Part shown: positions 26,958-35,649 of the stretch, one piece after another
Numbering within the stretch: the first letter of the stretch is position 1
How the letters are laid out: each line of letters begins with the position of its first letter
From: Patescibacteria group bacterium
GTDB lineage: Bacteria > Patescibacteriota > Minisyncoccia > Phycocordibacterales > JBBUBG01
NCBI GenBank assembly: GCA_040384765.1
Contig: JAZKIQ010000010.1
Span: 1-43,171, forward strand
Direction: 5' to 3'
DNA length: 43,171 nt
Translations under genes and position numbers: made by a program
The notes under the pieces: generated by a model
The model's input: the letters and a program-made list of their open reading frames with translations, nothing else
Database searches by the model: none
What the model was told of the DNA's origin: nothing

Positions 26958-27746
26958 CTACCCTTTTAGCCCAAATACCCTGATCGCGTTTTCAACCATA
27001 GCCCTGCCGACAGCCTCTACATCCTCCCCCCGTATCTCCGCGATCTTCTTTACCACCTCCTCCACATAGAGAGGCTCATTTCTTTTGCCTCGGTAAGGGG
27101 CAGGGGCAACGTACGGGCAGTCAGTCTCGGAAAGGATCATCTCGAGTGGAGCGTTTTTAACCACCTCGTCATACTCTCGAGCAAAGGTAAGGACACCCGT
27201 GAGTGAAAGGGTGAAGCCCCGCTTGAGATACTCTTCGGCCACCTTCGGGTCCCCTGCAAAAAAGTGAATGTTTCCTTTCGCTTTCGGAAACTGGTCAAGC
27301 AATAGAAGAGCATCCCAATAGGCGTCGGCCCGAGATCCCTTGGAGGGTCGGATATGGATCATCAGCGGCTTCCCGACATCTTCGGCCAGATGAATCTGTG
27401 TTTCAAAAAGGTCTTTTTGTGCTTCCCGCTTTTCGGGATCAGTGATATGGAAGTAGTCGAGTCCTGTCTCGCCGATAGCAACCACCTTAGGATGTTCTGC
27501 GAGGCGGCGCAGGGTATCGCCGTCATAGGGAAGAACGGAACCTTCTACTGGATGTAGCCCAACGGTAGCCCAAAGAAAATCGTGCGCTTCTGCAAGCGCC
27601 ACAGCACCTTCATTCATCTCTGGGTCACACCCCGCAACAATGGAACCGATCCCTTTCTCTTTCATGCGCAAAATCACCTCCGCACGATCAGTGTCGAATG
27701 CTTTGTCCTGAATATGGGAATGGACGTCAAAAAAAGAAAACTCCAT
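26958..27746 (-). CDS. tatD: TatD family deoxyribonuclease
   Basis: DVHSH, VGLHP, AIGETGLDY, IH, ETDCPYVAP...RGKRNEP. The start at 27746 is 1 nt after the metG stop. Confidence 0.95.
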   Translation of the reverse strand: MEFSFFDVHSHIQDKAFDTDRAEVILRMKEKGIGSIVAGCDPEMNEGAVALAEAHDFLWATVGLHPVEGSVLPYDGDTLRRLAEHPKVVAIGETGLDYFHITDPEKREAQKDLFETQIHLAEDVGKPLMIHIRPSKGSRADAYWDALLLLDQFPKAKGNIHFFAGDPKVAEEYLKRGFTLSLTGVLTFAREYDEVVKNAPLEMILSETDCPYVAPAPYRGKRNEPLYVEEVVKKIAEIRGEDVEAVGRAMVENAIRVFGLKG

Positions 27747-27747
27747 G

Positions 27748-29169
27748 CTATTTTCGCGCAAAAAGTGCTGCCGGCATGGAATGCGTTCCGATTGCAGTGC
27801 GAATTTTCCCAGCAGCTTGCGGCATAATTGGCTCGAGCATCGGGACGATTTTTGAGAGGCCAACTACGAGGCCGCGAACAATATCACGCGCCTTCTCAGG
27901 ATCAGTTTTGTACAGCTTAAACGGCTCGGTCTCCTGAATCTCCTTATCAAGCTCACCGATAGCTTCCCAGGCGATATTTGCCGCCTCATGTATGCGGTAT
28001 TCAACCATCGCTTTTTCGTAGTCGCCAAACCGGTAGTGCAGATCGCCTTTTACCTCAATCGGCGCGTCGATATAGGTGATCGCCATTTTCATGATACGGG
28101 AAGTGAGGTTGCCGAGGCCGTTGGCCAGATTTGCGTTATACGCCTCCTTAAACTTCTCGCGGGTTAGGTCACCATCTTCAAACGGCGATATTTCACGAGC
28201 AAAATAGTAGCGAAGCGCCTCCACTCCATACTCTTCGATAAGCTCTTTTGGATCAATCACATTCCCTATCGTTTTCGACATCTTCTTGCCCCCAGAAGTG
28301 ATGAAGCCGTGACAGAGAATCTCCTTTTGCACCGGAAGCCCTGCAGAGAGAAGCATTGCAGGCCAGATGGCTGCATGAAATCTCAAAATATCTTTGCCAA
28401 GGATCTGAAGCTCTGCAGGCCACCACTCGCTCATCTTTTGAGTATCAGGATAGCCGACCGCTGAAATATAGTTCACGAGTGCGTCGCACCAAACATACAT
28501 GGTCTGAGAAGGGTCGCCCGGCACAGGCACACCCCACGACACTTTCTCCTTTGGGCGAGAGAAGCTCACATCCGAGAGACCCTCTCCGATGAGTGAGAGA
28601 ATCTCATTTTTTCGCGACCGAGGAGTAATACGGAGCTCGTCGGACTCGATAAGCGATCGCACCTGCTCCTCATAGCGAGACAGTTTAAAAAAGTAGTTCT
28701 CCTCTTTGAGCTGCTCGGGCGCCAGATTGTGAAGCGGGCACTTTCCATCTACAAGATCTTTCTCGGTCTTTGCCTCTTCGCAGCCAACGCAGTAGAGCGA
28801 CTCGTACACTGCTTTATAGATATCGCCTGCACTTACAAGCTTTTCCCACATAGCGACTGCTCCCGGCCAGTGGCGCACGCGATCGCTCGTACGAATAAAA
28901 TCATCATTGGAAATAACGAGAAGAGAAAAAAGCTCTTTGAAAGAGTCAGCTTTCTCGTCGACAAACTGTTGAGGCTCTACGCCTGCTGCGAGTGCTGTTT
29001 TTGCTATTTTGTCCCCGTGTTCATCACTACCCGCAAGAAATCGGGTTCGCTCCCCTCGCGCTCGAGCGACCCGAGCAATAATATCCGCGAGAACAGCGGT
29101 ATATGCGTGCCCCATATGAAGGCTCGAGTTCGCATAGAAGATAGGGATGGTGAGGTAGAATTTTGACAT
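27748..29169 (-). CDS. metG: Methionine--tRNA ligase (short form)
   Basis: HMGH, GSDEHG, YVWCDALVNY, GKDILRFH, KMSKT. Confidence 0.98.
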   Translation of the reverse strand: MSKFYLTIPIFYANSSLHMGHAYTAVLADIIARVARARGERTRFLAGSDEHGDKIAKTALAAGVEPQQFVDEKADSFKELFSLLVISNDDFIRTSDRVRHWPGAVAMWEKLVSAGDIYKAVYESLYCVGCEEAKTEKDLVDGKCPLHNLAPEQLKEENYFFKLSRYEEQVRSLIESDELRITPRSRKNEILSLIGEGLSDVSFSRPKEKVSWGVPVPGDPSQTMYVWCDALVNYISAVGYPDTQKMSEWWPAELQILGKDILRFHAAIWPAMLLSAGLPVQKEILCHGFITSGGKKMSKTIGNVIDPKELIEEYGVEALRYYFAREISPFEDGDLTREKFKEAYNANLANGLGNLTSRIMKMAITYIDAPIEVKGDLHYRFGDYEKAMVEYRIHEAANIAWEAIGELDKEIQETEPFKLYKTDPEKARDIVRGLVVGLSKIVPMLEPIMPQAAGKIRTAIGTHSMPAALFARK

Positions 29170-29171
29170 AC

Positions 29172-29235
29172 AGAGTTTAGTTGTCAGAGTTCAGAGCTCA
29201 GTCAGACTAAACTCTGAACTCTAAGCTCTGACCTC
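29172..29235. repeat. Heptamer-hairpin element immediately 5' of metG
   Basis: Its reverse complement matches the first ~43 nt of the efp copy exactly and ends aaactct-gt-ATG. Confidence 0.85.
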
Positions 29236-29240
29236 TTCTG

Positions 29241-30302
29241 TTAGGAAAGCGTCGGCATCCTCCGCTTGCGCTTCTCGAGGTCATCCATGAACTCAAGCAG
29301 AATAGTTGAAAGCGGCACAGCGAGCAAGACTCCCAAGAGGCCTGCCAAGCGCCACCCCACAAGAAGAGAGATGATCGCTACGATCGGCGGCACTCCTACA
29401 ATTTTTCGCACCACGAGCGGATAGATCACATTCGACTCAAGCTGTTGTATCGCAAAATAGAAGATCGCTACAACAATGCCCGTCGTTACTGAACCCGTCA
29501 TTGCAACGGCAACAGCCGGAACAGCAGCAATGACCGGGCCAAATACCGGAATGAGCTCAAAGAGCGCTGCCATGATCGCAAGAAGGAGCGCATATTTCAC
29601 CCCAACGATCGTAAGACCCAGAAAAACGAACACGCCCATCAGGAGGCCCAGGATAAGCTGGCCCTGCATCCACAGCCCGATCTTCCGTTGAGAGCGTCGC
29701 CAGAGGTCGATCAGGTATGACTCGTACTTTTCGGTCGAGATCGAGCGAATGAAGTTTTCGACACCATGGTCCTGCACCGAGAGGTAAAACGAGAGCACAA
29801 TGATAAGGAGGAGATCGAAGAAGCCTCCAAACAGAAATCCTGCACTCTGCACAAACCCTCCGCCGATAAGAGAGAAGAGCTCCGTCAGCGATGAGAGCCC
29901 GTTGCCCGAGATCGAGAGGAGCCTCTCGCGCAGATCAAACGAGGCAAAAGAGAACTCATCCGCAACACTCTGCAGCGAGTCGATATAGGTCGGAAGCTGG
30001 TTTAAGAGATTTGCCGTCTGCTTGATAAGGGTCGGCAAAACGAAGTAGGTAAAGAGAGCGAGCAACGCCAGAATCAGCCCATACATGATAATCGCCGCAA
30101 TAATGCGGGGAATCCCCTTCTTGATGAACCACCGAGTGCCAGGCTCGATCGAAGAGGCGAGCACCACTACCGAAAGGAGCACCACTACGAGATCACGCAG
30201 ATAGTAGAGAAGGTACGCGAGGCCCAGAACAAGCACGGCGCGAATAATCGTTCCGCTTGTAATCTGTATCACATGCTGTTCTTTCTGGTCGTCGTCCCTC
30301 AA
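29241..30302 (-). CDS. AI-2E family (PerM/UPF0118) transporter
   Basis: WMQGQLIL, FELIPVFGP, IQQLESNVIYP, GVLLAVPL. Confidence 0.93.
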   Translation of the reverse strand: MRDDDQKEQHVIQITSGTIIRAVLVLGLAYLLYYLRDLVVVLLSVVVLASSIEPGTRWFIKKGIPRIIAAIIMYGLILALLALFTYFVLPTLIKQTANLLNQLPTYIDSLQSVADEFSFASFDLRERLLSISGNGLSSLTELFSLIGGGFVQSAGFLFGGFFDLLLIIVLSFYLSVQDHGVENFIRSISTEKYESYLIDLWRRSQRKIGLWMQGQLILGLLMGVFVFLGLTIVGVKYALLLAIMAALFELIPVFGPVIAAVPAVAVAMTGSVTTGIVVAIFYFAIQQLESNVIYPLVVRKIVGVPPIVAIISLLVGWRLAGLLGVLLAVPLSTILLEFMDDLEKRKRRMPTLS

Positions 30303-30314
30303 TGTACCCTCACT

Positions 30315-31586
30315 TTAGGACAAACTGAGCAGCTTTACAAACCGATCCTTCTCTTTGAACGGACCGATGAGGGCTAGGTTGAGGTGTTCAGTGACAAAAA
30401 TCTCATTCGCGACACGTCGCACATCTGCTGCCGTTACCGCCTGCACACGGCTCGCCATCTCCTCGGGTGTGAGCGTCTCGCGCTTGAGGATCTCTTGGCC
30501 GCCATAAAAGTTCGCGATCTCGTCTGACTTTTCAAGGCCAAGGTAGAGATCTCCGACGAAAGACTGCTTCACCTTTTCAAGCTCGCGCTCTCCCACGTCC
30601 TCCGTCTTCAGTTTTTTCATCTCGCCGAGAATAGCCTCGATCACCGCGTCGAGCTTTCGATGATCCACGCCAGCAGCTACGCCAAAGGCACCATGGTCGG
30701 TATATGCGTCGTTGCCGGCTCGTACATAGTACGCAGCGCCCATCTCCTCACGCACCTTTTCAAAAAGCCGAGAGCTCATACCACCACCAAGGATCCCTGC
30801 AAGCACCTCGAGAACAAAGGTATCTTTGTGCGCAAGAGGGCGCGAGCGTACACCGAGTGCGAGATGCGACTGATCAGACTCTTTGTGCTTGATCACAATC
30901 TCCGGAGCCTTTTGAGTGTCGGTTACCGCAAGCTTGCCACCTTTTTCAGAGCGCACAATGCCCGCAAACTCTTTTTCAATCTGCAGGAGCACGGCTTTTT
31001 CATCAAATTTTCCAGCAACCACCACAAGCGTGGAGTCAGCAAGGTAGTGCGCAGCACGATACGCAACAAAGTCGTCTCGAGTAAACGTGCGAACAATATC
31101 CGGAGTGCCGGCAATAGGCCAGCCCGCTGGCTGCTCACCGTACATACACTCAAGCAGAAGCTCTCCTGCGCGGCGGTGCGGCATATCCTCATACATATTG
31201 ATCTCTTCCACGATCACCCCTTTCTCCTTCTCGATCTCTTTTGCGTCAAAGGTTGGGTTTTGGTAAAGGTCAGCCACAATCTCGAGGGCCTTTGACACAT
31301 GGAGCGGCTGCACCTTTGCATAGTAGCCGGTATATTCCTGGCTCGTGAAAGCGTTGTACTGGGCACCGAGCGAATCGAGCTCTGAGGAGATGTCGATCGA
31401 TCGCGGACGCTTGGTCGTCCCCTTGAAACACATATGCTCGAGGAAGTGCGAGATGCCGTTGATGCGCTTTGATTCGTATTTTGAGCCTGTCTCCACGAGC
31501 ACGAGTACCGTAGCGGCCATGGCATCGGCTTCGGGAACAAGGATTACACGGAGGCCGTTTGGTAGAGTTTGTTTTGAAAATGTCAT
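30315..31586 (-). CDS. M16 family zinc peptidase
   Basis: HFLEHMCFKGT, NAFTS, GGGMSSRLF. Confidence 0.95.
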   Translation of the reverse strand: MTFSKQTLPNGLRVILVPEADAMAATVLVLVETGSKYESKRINGISHFLEHMCFKGTTKRPRSIDISSELDSLGAQYNAFTSQEYTGYYAKVQPLHVSKALEIVADLYQNPTFDAKEIEKEKGVIVEEINMYEDMPHRRAGELLLECMYGEQPAGWPIAGTPDIVRTFTRDDFVAYRAAHYLADSTLVVVAGKFDEKAVLLQIEKEFAGIVRSEKGGKLAVTDTQKAPEIVIKHKESDQSHLALGVRSRPLAHKDTFVLEVLAGILGGGMSSRLFEKVREEMGAAYYVRAGNDAYTDHGAFGVAAGVDHRKLDAVIEAILGEMKKLKTEDVGERELEKVKQSFVGDLYLGLEKSDEIANFYGGQEILKRETLTPEEMASRVQAVTAADVRRVANEIFVTEHLNLALIGPFKEKDRFVKLLSLS

Positions 31587-31589
31587 GGG

Positions 31590-31682
31590 ATTAGAGTTCA
31601 GAGGTAAGAGATTAGAGTTCAGTCGAGCGACGCCCCTGCGGGGCGTCGCTCCCGTTTGGCTGAGCTCTAAGCTCTGATCTCT
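31590..31682. repeat. Heptamer-hairpin element with an inserted GC-rich hairpin, 5' of the M16 gene
   Basis: ttagagttcag...ctgagctctaagctctga arms; internal gagcgacgcccc-tgc-ggggcgtcgctc (31625-31651). Confidence 0.8.
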
Positions 31683-31687
31683 TGTAA

Positions 31688-33001
31688 TTATTTTAGACGT
31701 TCGATGAGGTCTGCTATTGCTACCCGCTCCTGCTTACCCGAGTCACGATCGCGCAGGGTTACCGTATCCAGAAGCTCCGGCTTTTCGCCAAGGGTATCGA
31801 AGTCGACAGTGACACACCACGGAGTACCGATCTCGTCCTGGCGGCGGTAGCGCTTGCCGATATTGCCGTTGTCATCGAACTCAACACGGTCGAGCTTATC
31901 TGCAAGCATCTGGTACACCTCTTTTGCCTTCTCTACAAGCTCTGGTTTATTGCGCAAAAGAGGGAAAACGGCCGCCTTCACCGGCGCAACGGCATAGGGA
32001 AGCCGCAGGTAGAGGCGCTTCTCCCCGCCTAGTTCATCTTCGGTATAGGCTGAAGCAAGCACCGCAAGCACTGTACGGTCGACGCCAAACGAAGGCTCGA
32101 TCACATGCGGCACGAGGGCTGGCTCCCCCTCCTTGTCCGTTATGGTGAGATTCTGACCAGAACCTTTGGCGTGAGCCATGAGGTCAAAATCAGTACGGTA
32201 TGCGAGGCCATAGAGCTCTTTGCGACCAAATGGAAAATCAAACTCAAAATCAATGGTGCGCTTTGAGTAGTGCGCACGGTCGCCATCTGCCACTTCGAGC
32301 TCGTGTACATTCTCTGCCTTGATGCCTACCGCCTGTACAAACTCATGCACAGAAACACGCCACTTCTCGAATGCATCCTGCCACTCATCTGGACGAACAA
32401 AATATTCGATCTCCATCTGCTCAAGCTCACGAAGGCGGAAAATAAAGTCGCGCGGAGCAATCTCGTTGCGAAACGCCTTCCCAATCTGCGCAATGCCGAA
32501 AGGTAGCTTTGGGTGCACCGAGTCGACCACATTTTTGAAGTTTACAAAGATGCCTCCTGCCGTTTCTGGCCGAAGATAAGAGACCGATGAAGCATCTTCC
32601 GATGCTCCGATCTGGGTCTTAAACATCATGTTGAATTGGCGAGCTTCGCCAAGCGCACCGCCACAGTCAGGGCACACCTTCCCTTCGACATGATCGGCTC
32701 GGAAACGGTGATGACATTTGACACACTCCGCAAGTGGATCAGAAAAACCAGAAACATGACCGCTTGATTCCCACACTTTAGGGTTCATCAAAATAGCGGC
32801 ATCAACGCCGTACATGTCAGTTCGGCGCTTCACAAACATGCGCCACCACAACTGCTTTATGTTGTTTTTGAGCTCTACGCCATACGGCCCATAATCGTAA
32901 GTCCCCGCAAGGCCCCCATAAATCTCAGACCCCTGAAAAATAAAACCGCGACGCTTAGCCAGAGATACAATCTCCTCCATTCTGTTAGTTTCTTTTTCCA
33001 T
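31688..33001 (-). CDS. glyQS: Glycine--tRNA ligase, homodimeric (archaeal/eukaryotic) type
   Basis: KRRGFIFQGSEIYGG, YLRPETA, GKAFRNEI, IEPSFGVDR, IGKRYRRQDEIGTP. Confidence 0.97.
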   Translation of the reverse strand: MEKETNRMEEIVSLAKRRGFIFQGSEIYGGLAGTYDYGPYGVELKNNIKQLWWRMFVKRRTDMYGVDAAILMNPKVWESSGHVSGFSDPLAECVKCHHRFRADHVEGKVCPDCGGALGEARQFNMMFKTQIGASEDASSVSYLRPETAGGIFVNFKNVVDSVHPKLPFGIAQIGKAFRNEIAPRDFIFRLRELEQMEIEYFVRPDEWQDAFEKWRVSVHEFVQAVGIKAENVHELEVADGDRAHYSKRTIDFEFDFPFGRKELYGLAYRTDFDLMAHAKGSGQNLTITDKEGEPALVPHVIEPSFGVDRTVLAVLASAYTEDELGGEKRLYLRLPYAVAPVKAAVFPLLRNKPELVEKAKEVYQMLADKLDRVEFDDNGNIGKRYRRQDEIGTPWCVTVDFDTLGEKPELLDTVTLRDRDSGKQERVAIADLIERLK

Positions 33002-33005
33002 GAGG

Positions 33006-34931
33006 TTACTTCACAAAGCTCTGTCCTGATACAAACTTAGGGTCGGTATCAATCCGCGTAGTTAATTCCCTTTTTATACTCTCGAGCGGGCGTTTTGTAA
33101 AATCGTCGGTTGCGGAAGCCGTAGATGACTGAAGGAGCACCGGCTCGGTACCCTTCTGGGAAAGCGAGGGCGTAAGAGCCACCTGGAAGGCCGCCTCACG
33201 AGCGGGAGAGCCATACCCGAGCCGTATAGGAAGCGTGCCGGCCTTCCAGAGCACTTCACGGGTATCAGGGTTGTACACAATATTTTCGGAAGCAGGGCTT
33301 TTCACCCCAAGCCAGTCTACGTTTGGCGGAAGCTGGGCTTTGACAGTGGCACCCGACGCACTATTGGCGCTATTCGTGAGCGACCAGATAACGGTGTAGG
33401 TAGTTTTTGTATCAACCTTGGGCGGAATGGGGCCCGTATTTGGAAACGGCCCGGCGAAGTAAACCGCTCTTGCTCCAAGACCAAAGAGTGTTCCTATCTT
33501 TACGCTTTTCGTCACTGACTCCTGTATCTCCTCTCTCCCTACCCCTTCGACAATGCGCGTCCCCTCCACTACAGCACGGAGAGTGATGGTGCGATTTGGA
33601 TCAAGCACACCACTCCCCGAGGCGGTCGTGTCGAACCCAAACCCAAGCTCAACTGTCTCGTCGGGAGCAAGTGACCCAAGTGAGTCGGACGTCGAGCTAT
33701 CCCATACGATTCTTTTTGATGCCGACTGATAGAAACCTTTATTCGCAACAACTGTTTCCGTGCGTACCGTCTTGCCATCGATCGAGAGCTCAGCGTGAAA
33801 ATTCTCAAGCTTTTCGGCAAGGTTACTACTTATCGAAAGAACACCCGAAAGCTCGGCGCCATCTCCAATCCAGGGAGACTCTCCTCCACCAGGAAGCGTA
33901 AGCGATACGCCAAGGAACGGTCGCCGCACCGCAATTGCCCGTGAAGAGGCCGCATACGGCACAGAGAGCTCTCGGCCGAGCGAGTCTTTTGCAGAGCCCA
34001 CAGTAAAGCGAAACAGCTTGTCATCACCCTCCTGGCCCTCCAGGATGCCACTTATGGCAAAGCGCTTTTCAACACCAGGAGCAAGGTCTCCGAGTGCCCA
34101 GATGCGCGGAGCCACCACTGGCTCGAGCGTAGAACCCTTGTAGTCGAAGCCGGGAGGATAGAGCGCTTCGACAAGAACGTTGCGCAAAAGCTCATTTGAA
34201 TTTGAAGCCACACGCACCTCTATTGTTACCTCATGATTTGAATTAACTTCACGGGGCAGCGTGAGCGAAAGAGCAACAGGCGAAGAAGAGATCGAAAAAG
34301 CAAACTTTTTTTCACGCCTAAAAATAGAAGCCGAGCCTTTTGGGCGATAGTCGTATCTGATAGTCACCTCTTTCTGCTCATTCTCATCGCCATACACCAC
34401 CGCTGAAAGATTTTTTGTAACAGACTCACCAGCAAGGAGTGGCCCTACCGTCTCATCGTGGCGCGGCATAAGCTTCGAAGGATCTACTGCATCGCGCGTG
34501 CCATCGGGATAGTCAACGGTAATATCAGAATACTCAAAATCGGTACGACTATTATTTTTGAAAGTGACCTGGAATGAAAGAACGCCTCCGCCCCGCACCG
34601 ACACCGGAGCGCTGACAGAGATATCTACCGAGTCCGAAGTTGTCTTAGGCACCGTTCCAAGCACCAAAAGAAGCGCGAGCACGATGGCTATCGCAAAGAA
34701 GATACCCGATCCGATGAGGAGCTTTTTCATAAGTGACATCGACTCTTTCTCTTCGACCGCGAGCGCCTGGTCGTGGCCCGTGGCGCCCCTCGCTGGCTCT
34801 TTGCGCCCTGGTCGCGCCGCTCGGGTGTGCGAAAGGCGCGAGCGAAACGCCTCGAAATCTACCGCCTGATCGCGGCGATACAACTTTTTTTCAAGCTCAT
34901 CGAGCGAGTCCTTGTTCGAGGGGTCGTCCAT
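33006..34931 (-). CDS. Membrane-anchored protein with multiple Ig-like (DUF11-like) domains
   Basis: Single TM near residues 70-92, then a beta-rich region (IWALGDLAPG, GPIPPKVDTKTTYTVIW, VLWKAGTL). Confidence 0.8.
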   Translation of the reverse strand: MDDPSNKDSLDELEKKLYRRDQAVDFEAFRSRLSHTRAARPGRKEPARGATGHDQALAVEEKESMSLMKKLLIGSGIFFAIAIVLALLLVLGTVPKTTSDSVDISVSAPVSVRGGGVLSFQVTFKNNSRTDFEYSDITVDYPDGTRDAVDPSKLMPRHDETVGPLLAGESVTKNLSAVVYGDENEQKEVTIRYDYRPKGSASIFRREKKFAFSISSSPVALSLTLPREVNSNHEVTIEVRVASNSNELLRNVLVEALYPPGFDYKGSTLEPVVAPRIWALGDLAPGVEKRFAISGILEGQEGDDKLFRFTVGSAKDSLGRELSVPYAASSRAIAVRRPFLGVSLTLPGGGESPWIGDGAELSGVLSISSNLAEKLENFHAELSIDGKTVRTETVVANKGFYQSASKRIVWDSSTSDSLGSLAPDETVELGFGFDTTASGSGVLDPNRTITLRAVVEGTRIVEGVGREEIQESVTKSVKIGTLFGLGARAVYFAGPFPNTGPIPPKVDTKTTYTVIWSLTNSANSASGATVKAQLPPNVDWLGVKSPASENIVYNPDTREVLWKAGTLPIRLGYGSPAREAAFQVALTPSLSQKGTEPVLLQSSTASATDDFTKRPLESIKRELTTRIDTDPKFVSGQSFVK

Positions 34932-34947
34932 ATCGGCTCATTATACT

Positions 34948-35053
34948 AAATTTCAAGCACCAAATCCCAAACTCCAGACAAATCTCAAGATCCAATATCA
35001 AAAAATTGGGATTTTAGATTTTGATATTATCTGGAATTTGGTGCTTGGGATTT
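34948..35053. repeat. Heptamer-built hairpin of the AAATCCC/GGGATTT type
   Basis: aaatttcaagcaccaaat pairs with atttggtgcttgggattt; ~7 nt periodicity in both arms. Confidence 0.75.
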
Positions 35054-35061
35054 GGTCTTTC

Positions 35062-35646
35062 CTATAAGTGGCTTGCCGAAAGTGCACGCTCAACTTGCGT
35101 CGAAAGCGCCTGCCTGTGCGTACGCACATACGAAAGAAGCTCCCGAGCGGTAGCAGGTGCACCGCCAAGGAACTCAGCTTCCGGCGTGCCGCCTAAATAC
35201 CCCAGATGGTGAAGTATTCGGACAGTACCCAAAAGCTCGATCTCTCGAGAGTACTCTTTGACAAAACCGCCTTCTACAACCGTTCGAAGAAATACAATCT
35301 CATCAAAAAGCTCTTGGTCACGCTCTTCACCCTGCACAAACCGAGCGAGCAAAGCAAAAAAACCGGCCATCAGGGAAAGCTCTGTGCTCTCGTCGAGAAA
35401 CGCCGATCGTTCGATTTCGGCTGCGCCTGTAATGCGCCACACTTCTCGCCCACGAACGAGAGTCGTCCGCACATATCCGTATGGATAGAGCGAATAGCGC
35501 AATTTTGATTTGAGAAAGCGCACCCCTTGGGCAACGCCGCGCACGAGCCCAAAGTCGCGCGTAAAAAGCTCGATCATACGAGATGACTCGCCCGAATCGC
35601 GCGAAGCCACCACAAACGCATCGGTGGAGTACAGCCGGTGTGACAT
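35062..35646 (-). CDS. recO: DNA repair protein RecO (short form)
   Basis: SRDSGESSRMIELFTRDFGLVRGVAQGVRFLKSKLRYSL (RecO N-terminal OB fold). Confidence 0.9.
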   Translation of the reverse strand: MSHRLYSTDAFVVASRDSGESSRMIELFTRDFGLVRGVAQGVRFLKSKLRYSLYPYGYVRTTLVRGREVWRITGAAEIERSAFLDESTELSLMAGFFALLARFVQGEERDQELFDEIVFLRTVVEGGFVKEYSREIELLGTVRILHHLGYLGGTPEAEFLGGAPATARELLSYVRTHRQALSTQVERALSASHL

Positions 35647-35649
35647 TCC

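Noticed and set aside
23844-31682. CRISPR array
   Set aside because: The repeats are dispersed single hairpins with no repeat-spacer periodicity, and no cas genes are present.
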